NCBI GenBank assembly: GCA_964418235.1
Contig: CAYQLG010000008.1
Coordinates: 2,164-66,163 of the forward strand
Origin: an uncultured Planctomycetales bacterium
GTDB taxonomy: Bacteria > Planctomycetota > Phycisphaerae > UBA1845 > Fen-1342
Direction of reading: 5' to 3'
Length of the DNA: 64,000 nucleotides
This document shows, in pieces, positions 19,253-25,993 of the stretch. A program made the position numbers and the translations under genes. The notes beneath the pieces were generated by a model. That model did not search any database and had not been told where the DNA came from. It worked only from the letters and a program-made list of their open reading frames with translations. Each line of letters begins with the position of its first letter. Position 1 is the first letter of the stretch.

Positions 19253-20509
19253 ATGAATCAGCCGGCGTCTGCACGCAGCCCGATCGCGATTGTTCTCTTG
19301 ACCGTGCTGATCGATACGATCGGTCTGGGCATCATCATCCCGGTGATTCCGAAACTCGTGATGGAGCTGGCGCATGTGCCGACCGAGGGGGCATCACTCT
19401 ATGGCGGCTGGCTGGCGTTTTCGTACGCCGTCACCCAGTTTCTCTTCAGCCCGATCGTCGGCGGATTGAGCGACTGCTTCGGCCGGCGTCCGGTGCTTCT
19501 GTTTAGCCTGCTCGCTTTCGGCGTTGACTATCTCATCATGGGCTTCGCGCCGCACTGGTCCTGGCTGGTGGTGGGGCGCGTGATTGCGGGCATCACCGGC
19601 GCGTCGCACTCGACCGCGAATGCGTACCTGGCCGACATCACGCCGCCGGAGCAGCGTGCCCAGCGCTTTGGCCTGATCGGCGCGATGTTTGGGATCGGCT
19701 TTATCCTCGGGCCGGCTCTGGGCGGCTTGCTGGGGCAGGTGCATTCGCGCCTGCCGTTCTTTGCGGCGGGCGTGCTGGCGCTGCTCAATTGCCTATGGGC
19801 GTTTGCGGTGCTGCCCGAGTCGCTGCGGCCCGCGGAACGGCGGCCATTTACGCTGCGCCGCTCCAATGTGCTGGGAGCGCTGCTGCAGTTGGCGACATTT
19901 CCCGGCGTGCTGGGCATTCTCCTGGCGATTTTTCTGTGGCAGCTCGCCCATCAGTCGTTGCCAAGCACGTGGTCGTACTACACGATGTCGCGCTATCAGT
20001 GGAATGAGTTTCAGGTGGGGCTGTCGCTGGCGTTTGTGGGGGTGTGCATGGCGGTTGTGCAGGGCGGCTTGACGCGGAAGCTTATCCCGCTGCTCGGCGA
20101 ATATCGCGCCGCGATTGTGGGGTTTGCGTTTGGCGCGCTGGGCTATGCGGGCTATGCATTCGCGCCGTATGGCTGGGTGATCTACGCCGTCGTCGCCGGC
20201 TCGGCGATTGGCGGGATCGGCTATCCGGCGTGTAACGCGCTGCTTTCCAAATCTACGCCTTCAAACTCGCAAGGCGAGTTGCAGGGCATCCTGGTCAGCA
20301 GCTTTAGCCTGACGGCGATCGTCGGGCCGCTCCTGATGACGAATGTGTTCTACGCATTCTCACGCGCAGATGCGGTGCTGCGTTTTCCGGGAGCGGCGTT
20401 TCTGCTTTCAGCGATTTTGTCGTTGATCGGGGGCGCGGTGTTTCTATTCACGCAGCGCCGCCAACCGGCGATGGGGGATGCAGCAGTGCGAATTGCGAAT
20501 AGCGAATAG
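19253..20509 (+). CDS. MFS transporter (TetA/TCR-like DHA1 family)
   Basis: 418 aa. N-terminal IAIVLLTVLIDTIGLGIIIPVIP, motif-A-like GGLSDCFGRRPVLL, 12-TM-like profile. The last codons (RIANSE*) come from a family A repeat. Confidence 0.8.
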   Translation: MNQPASARSPIAIVLLTVLIDTIGLGIIIPVIPKLVMELAHVPTEGASLYGGWLAFSYAVTQFLFSPIVGGLSDCFGRRPVLLFSLLAFGVDYLIMGFAPHWSWLVVGRVIAGITGASHSTANAYLADITPPEQRAQRFGLIGAMFGIGFILGPALGGLLGQVHSRLPFFAAGVLALLNCLWAFAVLPESLRPAERRPFTLRRSNVLGALLQLATFPGVLGILLAIFLWQLAHQSLPSTWSYYTMSRYQWNEFQVGLSLAFVGVCMAVVQGGLTRKLIPLLGEYRAAIVGFAFGALGYAGYAFAPYGWVIYAVVAGSAIGGIGYPACNALLSKSTPSNSQGELQGILVSSFSLTAIVGPLLMTNVFYAFSRADAVLRFPGAAFLLSAILSLIGGAVFLFTQRRQPAMGDAAVRIANSE

Positions 20510-20587
20510 CGAAGAACGAATGAAGTCGCCGCCATCGTGAATTGAGCGCCGCGGCCCTTATCACCTTGTCACGTTATCACCTATCAC
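20487..20587 (-). repeat. Family A repeat, partial copy (no hairpin module)
   Basis: GCGAATTGCGAATAGCGAATAGCGAAGAACGAATGAAG followed by GCCGCGG and CTTATCAC-type 8-mers (20555-20587). Confidence 0.75.
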
Positions 20588-20677
20588 GTCTTCCCCCGCG
20601 GCGCGATGTGCAATGCGGCTGCCCTCATCGAGTGCCGTTGGTCACGCCGGCGCAAGCAGCGACTACAGTACCCCGGC

Positions 20678-21859
20678 ATGCGTGTCGCGATCTGCCAGGA
20701 AACCATCGACGTGCGCCGCGGCGGGGCCGAGACCTCGACGCTCGAAATGGCGCGCCATCTTCGCGCGCTCGGGGCGATCGTGACGCTCGTAGCATCCGCC
20801 GAGCCGGCCCAACTCGAGCGGGTTTGCACGGCCGAAGGCCTGGGGTGTGTCGCAATCTCGCCGGCCGGCGGCAAACGGACGCGCACACGCCGCTACGTTG
20901 AGCAGCAGGCCCGCGTCTGCCGCGCCGGCGCGTTCGACATCGTGCACGCTGTCACGCCGTGCCGTGTCGCGGATGTCTATCAGCCGCGCGGCGGCACCTA
21001 TCCCGAGACAATCCGGCGGAGCGTCGCGCTGGGCGGCGCTCGACTGACGCGGCTGATTCGCGCCATCACGCGGCGGTTTAACTTCCGGCAGCAATATCTG
21101 CGCGACATCGAGCGGCGGCTGCTTATCCAGCGACCGGGGCCGTGCGTGGCGGCGCTTTCGCGCTACGTCGGTTATCAGATTCGCCGCGATTTTCCGGATT
21201 TGCCCGAGCCGCAGTTGTTCGACGTTTTCAACGGCGTGGATTTTGAGCCACTACCGGCAGACATCGAGGCGCAGACGCGCGCCCGCCTGCGGCAGACGTG
21301 GGACGCGCAGCGCGGACGACCGGTGGCGCTCTTCGTCGCGCACAACTTCAAGCTCAAGGGGCTGGCCGAATTGATCCGCGCCAGCGCGACGGCGACCGGG
21401 CGTGCGGCGGATTGGCTCGTGGTCGTCGCCGGTCGCGACAATGCCCGGCCCTATCAGCGTTTGGCGGCGCGGCTGGCGATCGCGTCGCGCGTGAAGTTCA
21501 TCGGGGCCGAGACGCCGGTGGCGCAGCTCTATGCGGCGAGCGACGTGCTAACGCACCCAACGTGGTATGACCCGTGCAGCCGCGTCGTGCTAGAGGCGCT
21601 GTGTGCCGGCCTGCCGGTGGTGACGACACAATGGAACGGCGCGGCGGAGGCAATCGAGCGCGGGCGCACGGGTATTGTGATCTCCGATCCGGGTGACGCA
21701 GAGTCGCTCGCCGGGGGGATCGCGGGGGCGCTGGGGCCACGCCTGGCCGCGACCTGTCGGCAGGCCGCGGACGCGGCGCGGGAAAAACTCTCGATGGCAC
21801 GGCATGCACGGGAACTGCTTGCGCTCTACAAGCTCATCCTGGAGCGCCGCGCGCGGTAG
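20678..21859 (+). CDS. Glycosyltransferase family 4 (GT-B, RfaG-like)
   Basis: Internal ATG 20678 (MRVAICQETIDVRRGGAETS). C-terminal GT1/GT4 signature region THPTWYDPCSRVVLEALCAGLPVVTT. Confidence 0.75.
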   Translation: MRVAICQETIDVRRGGAETSTLEMARHLRALGAIVTLVASAEPAQLERVCTAEGLGCVAISPAGGKRTRTRRYVEQQARVCRAGAFDIVHAVTPCRVADVYQPRGGTYPETIRRSVALGGARLTRLIRAITRRFNFRQQYLRDIERRLLIQRPGPCVAALSRYVGYQIRRDFPDLPEPQLFDVFNGVDFEPLPADIEAQTRARLRQTWDAQRGRPVALFVAHNFKLKGLAELIRASATATGRAADWLVVVAGRDNARPYQRLAARLAIASRVKFIGAETPVAQLYAASDVLTHPTWYDPCSRVVLEALCAGLPVVTTQWNGAAEAIERGRTGIVISDPGDAESLAGGIAGALGPRLAATCRQAADAAREKLSMARHARELLALYKLILERRAR

Positions 21860-21884
21860 CGCGGCGATTGACAGCGAAGGGGAT

Positions 21885-22083
21885 GTGATCACGTGATAAT
21901 GCGAGAAAGTGATAAGGAGATGAATTCACGGGCGGATTCAGGATTTCTGTAGCGTCGGCCCTCCGTGGCCGACGGCGGATCTGTAAGTGCGAATGGCGAA
22001 TTGCGAAGAACGAATTGAACGCGCCGACCTCGTGAGCTCAAGGCCGCTGCCCGTATCACTTTATCACCTTATCACGTCATCAC
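21885..22083 (-). repeat. Family A composite repeat (inverted relative to the 23653-23853 copy)
   Basis: GTGATAA-type 8-mers (21885-21915), hairpin CTGTAGCGTCGGCCCTCCGTGGCCGACGGCG (21947-21976), GCGAAGAACGAATTGAAC (22001-22018), CTTATCAC-type 8-mers (22049-22083). The reverse complement aligns by eye over ~140 nt with 23653-23790. Confidence 0.9.
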
Positions 22084-23483
22084 TTTTTCAAATGTTCCGT
22101 CGCGGCTTCGCCGGTGATGAGGCGGGCGGAGCGATTTCTCGTCCAGTAGTTCCAGGCCCACTGCACAAGAATCAACACGCGATTCTCAAACTCCACGATG
22201 AAGAGGATGTGAATGAAGAGCCACAACAGCCACGCCGGATAGCCCCAGAAGCGCACCCACCCAAAATCGGCGACCGCCGCCGCGCGGCCGATAGTCGCCA
22301 GGTCGCCTTTGTGCTGATAGACGAAAGGCGGATCAGCGGCGGTGCTCGGCGGCGTGGCGGGCGTGCTCGCAGCGTTGGAATTGGCCAGCCGCCGCGTGAT
22401 TTGCCGCGCGACATAGCGGCCCTGTTGCATGGCGACCGGGGCGGTGCCGGGCAGCGGCTTGCGATCGGGCCGCTGAACGCACGCAAGATCTCCGATGACG
22501 AAAATCTCCGGGTGGGCGGTGATGGTCAGGTTCGGCTCGACGCTGACGCGCCCGGCGCGATCGAGCGTGACGCCGGCCGCTTCGTGCAGGATGCGCCCCC
22601 ACGGGGAGGCCTGCACGCCGGCAGCCCAAAGTACGGTGTGGGCGCCGATGCGCTCGTTTTGCAGACCGGTTTGAATCAGCACGCAATCGGGCTGCACGTC
22701 GGTGACGCGCACGCTGGTCCAGACGGTGACGCCGAGATGCTCGAGTGAGCGCTTGGCGCGCCAGGACAACTCCGGCGGGTAGGGGGGCAGGACACGCTCG
22801 GCCGCGTCGAGCAGGATGATGCGCGCATCGCGGGGGTTGATGTGGCGGAAGTCGTGCTTAAGCGTGTCGCGCGCGATCTCGGCGATGGCGCCGGCCAGCT
22901 CGACGCCGGTCGGCCCGGCGCCGATGATCACGAACGTCAGCCACGAATCGTCGCGCTGGCCGCGGGCGCAGCGGCGCTCGGCCTCTTCGAATGCGTGCAG
23001 GATGCGGGCGCGGATTTCGGTCGCGTCTTCGATCGTCTTGAGACCCGGCGCATGTCGAGCCCAGTGGTCATGGCCGAAATAGTTGTGACTGGCGCCGGTG
23101 GCGACGATCAGCGTGTCGTATTCGACGAAGTCGTCGCGACTCGGCGCTGTGCTGGTGGTGGCGGGGGCGGGCGGCTGATCAACCGGCGTCTGCGGGGCAG
23201 GGATGGGCTTGAGGAAAATGCGCCGCGCGGCTGGGTCGAGGCCGCTGGCCTCCGCGAGCAAAACGCGCGCATTTCTCTGGCGCTTCAGGATGCCGCGGAG
23301 CGGGACCGCGATATCCGCCGGCGATAGTCCGCCCGTCGCGACCTGATAGAGCAACGGCTGAAACAGGTGGAAGTTGCGGCGATCGATCAATGTGATGTCC
23401 ACCTCTTGTCGCTTCAGCGATTGAGCCGCGAGCAGACCGCCAAACCCCCCACCCAGAATGACCACGCGATGACGCTTGTTCAT
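22080..23483 (-). CDS. ndh: Type II NADH dehydrogenase (NDH-2), FAD-dependent
   Basis: 467 aa. VVILGGGFGGL and a second dinucleotide fold FVIIGAGPTGVELAG. FVIGDLA motif and a C-terminal membrane-associating tail. Confidence 0.85.
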   Translation of the reverse strand: MNKRHRVVILGGGFGGLLAAQSLKRQEVDITLIDRRNFHLFQPLLYQVATGGLSPADIAVPLRGILKRQRNARVLLAEASGLDPAARRIFLKPIPAPQTPVDQPPAPATTSTAPSRDDFVEYDTLIVATGASHNYFGHDHWARHAPGLKTIEDATEIRARILHAFEEAERRCARGQRDDSWLTFVIIGAGPTGVELAGAIAEIARDTLKHDFRHINPRDARIILLDAAERVLPPYPPELSWRAKRSLEHLGVTVWTSVRVTDVQPDCVLIQTGLQNERIGAHTVLWAAGVQASPWGRILHEAAGVTLDRAGRVSVEPNLTITAHPEIFVIGDLACVQRPDRKPLPGTAPVAMQQGRYVARQITRRLANSNAASTPATPPSTAADPPFVYQHKGDLATIGRAAAVADFGWVRFWGYPAWLLWLFIHILFIVEFENRVLILVQWAWNYWTRNRSARLITGEAATEHLKK

Positions 23484-23603
23484 CCGGCGAATGGTACGGT
23501 CGTGGGAGGAAATGAACAGGCTGGCGGCATGAGCTGGTGAAAGCGTGTGTTGCGCTACTGGCGAAATAACTTCGCGAAGCGGCGCACCGTAGGAGTGATG
23601 CCG

Positions 23604-23853
23604 TGCTGTAGCGTTGGGACTCCGTGCCCAACGCCGGGTCGATACGCAAGAAGTGATAAGGTGATCAGGTGAAAAAGTGATAAGGGCCGCGGCTTTGAGC
23701 TGACGAGGTCGGCGCGTTCAATTCGTTCTTCGCCATTCGCCATTCGCACTTTCCAGTACGCCATCGGCCACGGAGGGCCGACGCTACAGCGCACTTACGG
23801 TCAGCCGCGGAAGACCGACACAAGGGGGCGTGGGAAGGTGGGAACGTGGGAAG
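23604..23853 (+). repeat. Family A composite repeat preceded by an extra hairpin module
   Basis: Hairpin GCTGTAGCGTTGGGACTCCGTGCCCAACGCCGGGTCG (23604-23640), GTGATAAG-type x4 (23653-23685), TTCAATTCGTTCTTCGC (23717-23733), hairpin CCATCGGCCACGGAGGGCCGACGCTACAG, GTGGGAAG-type x3 (23830-23853). Confidence 0.9.
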
Positions 23854-23867
23854 ATGATCAGGCTGGT

Positions 23868-24947
23868 TCAGCGCGGGCCGAGATCGGCGCCGGTCACGAT
23901 CTTGACCCGGCCGCCGTTTTGTTCGGCGATGCGGCGAAGCGTGCGCACGCCGTCGGTCTCGCGCGGCAACTGGCTCGTGTCGCCCAGGAGCAGTTCGTCG
24001 AAGACGAGCGTGTAGAGCTTGGTGTTGGTCTTGTTCAGCGAGCGGATTTCGCGCTCGGCGGCGGCAGCATCTTCGAACAGGCCATCGGAGAAGATGAACA
24101 TGACTTCGGGCTTGAGGCTCAGCCCGCGGCGGATCGCCGGCAATGGATCGCTGCCGCCCTCCGGGGCTTTTGAATTGAGCCAGTCGAAGAAGCGCTTTTT
24201 CGTCGGTTCGGTCGCGGCGACGAGGCTGCCGCTGAACGCATCGGCGACAATGCGATCCTGTTGCACTTTGCTGTAGAAGAGAATCACTTCAAAGGATTGC
24301 TCGGGCTTGAGGCTGCCGATGGAACGACGCAGCTCGCGCTTCAGGTCATCGACCGCCACCACGATTGAGCCTGAGAAATCGACCACGTAGACGATCTTCG
24401 ACGCGGCGACGGATAGATCCCATACGCCCGCGCGCAGCAGCCGCGAACTGCCGCCGCCGAGGCCGCTCCCAAAGCCGCCGGCGCCGGCCGCGCCCGCGCC
24501 GGTGCCCGTGCCGAGCAGACTCAGCCGGCCCTCGCCGAGGCCAAAGCCGTCATCGCTGCCGCCGGATTTGCCGATGTCGGTCGGCGTGATGGCGGCGGTG
24601 TCGAGTTGGCGGAGATCGCTGAGGTCCATCAGGTCTTCGAGCGGGGTGGTTGGGCGCTGTTCGAGCGCCTGGAGCAACTCTTGATTACCCCACTGAAACG
24701 CGGCGCTCATCTGATCGGCGAGGCTTTGCGTCAGGCCGGCGCGATAGTCGCCGACATCAAGCGTCTCGCGCTGAAAAATCGAGAAGGTCTTGAGCGCGAG
24801 GAAGATCAATAGCGCCACGTGCAGCAACAGGCTGATCGTCATCGGCACCCCCAAATGCATCAGCCAGCGCAGGGCCGGGTTGTGCTGCTCGCGATCGGGC
24901 AGCGGCTCGGAGGCGGCGGCGGGGGTGGAGTGGGGTGCGTCCGTCAT
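23868..24947 (-). CDS. Membrane-anchored von Willebrand factor A (vWA) domain protein
   Basis: 359 aa. N-terminal TM MTISLLLHVALLIFLAL. MIDAS-like IVYVVDFSGSI. C-terminal vWA fold (VMFIFSDG). Confidence 0.7.
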   Translation of the reverse strand: MTDAPHSTPAAASEPLPDREQHNPALRWLMHLGVPMTISLLLHVALLIFLALKTFSIFQRETLDVGDYRAGLTQSLADQMSAAFQWGNQELLQALEQRPTTPLEDLMDLSDLRQLDTAAITPTDIGKSGGSDDGFGLGEGRLSLLGTGTGAGAAGAGGFGSGLGGGSSRLLRAGVWDLSVAASKIVYVVDFSGSIVVAVDDLKRELRRSIGSLKPEQSFEVILFYSKVQQDRIVADAFSGSLVAATEPTKKRFFDWLNSKAPEGGSDPLPAIRRGLSLKPEVMFIFSDGLFEDAAAAEREIRSLNKTNTKLYTLVFDELLLGDTSQLPRETDGVRTLRRIAEQNGGRVKIVTGADLGPR

Positions 24948-25000
24948 GGCGGATCAGGAGGCAGAGGTTGGGTGTTTTTGGGGCAGAAGACACCGGAATG

Positions 25001-25150
25001 CGGGTCGGAGACCCGCGAAAACAATCACCGGTCGGAGACCGGTGCCACACGCACAATCACCGGTCGGAGACCGGTGCCACAAGCACAATCACCGGTCGGA
25101 GACCGGTGCCACACGCACAATCACCGGCCAGAGAACCGGTGCCACACACA
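25001..25150. repeat. Tandem array of five phased hairpins: one related upstream hairpin plus a 32-bp repeat in 3 perfect-stem copies and 1 degenerate copy
   Basis: Units start at 25021, 25053, 25085 and 25117. Each contains CACCGGTC-GGA-GACCGGTG (8-bp stem). The upstream GCGGGTC-GGA-GACCCGC hairpin (~25000-25016) has the same loop. There are no unique spacers between units. Confidence 0.9.
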
Positions 25151-25186
25151 GCTCAGGACTGCGCTCCGTCGCGTAGAGCATTTTCA

Positions 25187-25651
25187 CTACATGACCAATC
25201 CGCCGCGCGGTTTTCCGCCGGGGTCTTTGCCTGGAAGCGCGCCGGAAGGACCAGGGCCGGCGGCCGCACCGGGCGCAACGCCGCTCATCGCGGTTGTGAT
25301 CTGCACATACGCCATGCGCAGGTCGTAGAGCGTTTGATCGAGGAAGTGCTTTTCCTCCGGCGTCAGGTTGCCCTTGGTCTTTTGATCGAGAACGTCGAGC
25401 GTGTCGATCAGGAATTTGGCCGACTCGAGATTGGGCGGGATACGCTCGCCATTGGGCATGGTCATCAGCCCGAGCGACATCACGACCTGCAGCGCGAGCG
25501 AGTTAATCAACTCTGAGAAGCTGGCGGGCGGGGCTTGCTCCTGCGGGTGCGACTCAGTCGCTTCGGTCAGTTGTTCCTTTTCCTTACGCGCCTGGGCCTT
25601 CCAATCGTCGTCGACAATGATCTTCGGCGTTTCGTCCGCCATCGGGCACAC
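25187..25651 (-). CDS. DUF1844-like small acidic protein
   Basis: 154 aa. SFSELINSLALQVVMSLGLM...LESAKFLIDTLDVLDQKTKGNLTPEEKHFLDQTLYDLRMAY matches the DUF1844 pattern from memory. Confidence 0.6.
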   Translation of the reverse strand: MCPMADETPKIIVDDDWKAQARKEKEQLTEATESHPQEQAPPASFSELINSLALQVVMSLGLMTMPNGERIPPNLESAKFLIDTLDVLDQKTKGNLTPEEKHFLDQTLYDLRMAYVQITTAMSGVAPGAAAGPGPSGALPGKDPGGKPRGGLVM

Positions 25652-25828
25652 TCCTTCGTTGAGATTGTAACGGCAGACCGGATGTTACGTCCGCGTACAC
25701 CGAGCCGCGCCCGTGAGCGGCGCCGAGCACCCAAGCGGAGCCGCGACCGTAAGGAAGCGATTCGAATCGATCAACGCCTGATCCGCGCGTCGCGCTGCGC
25801 ATCAGAAACAGACCAGATCGCCTGCATT

Positions 25829-25897
25829 CGCCGACAGCGCCAACATCCGCCGAGAGCGCCCGCACTCGCCGACAGCGCCGCAATCGCCGATAGCGCG
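25829..25897. repeat. Four direct copies of CGCCGA(C/G/T)AGCGC(C/G) at 18-19-bp spacing
   Basis: Copies at 25829, 25848, 25867 and 25885, between the gcvP stop (25994) and the DUF1844 gene start (25651). Confidence 0.7.
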
Positions 25898-25993
25898 CGC
25901 CCTGACGGGCATTCAGCGGCCGAGCTGAAACACGACGACCGGCTCGACCCCAATCGCTTCCTTACGGGCGCGGCTCCGCTCATGCGGTTCGGC

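Noticed and set aside
23555-23794. Small ORFs inside family A copies encoding similar peptides (...EERIERADLVSS(K/R)P.P.SL(F/Y)HLITLS...). Also at 21987.. and 15991..16224.
   Set aside because: The peptide similarity simply mirrors the high nucleotide identity of the repeats. The ORFs have different starts and ends in each copy and run into antisense gene sequence. I see no independent evidence of coding.
25001-25150. Possible CRISPR array (regular 32-bp repeats with a palindromic core)
   Set aside because: The repeats are directly abutting with no unique spacers. There are only 4-5 units and no cas genes nearby. It is a tandem hairpin array, not a CRISPR.
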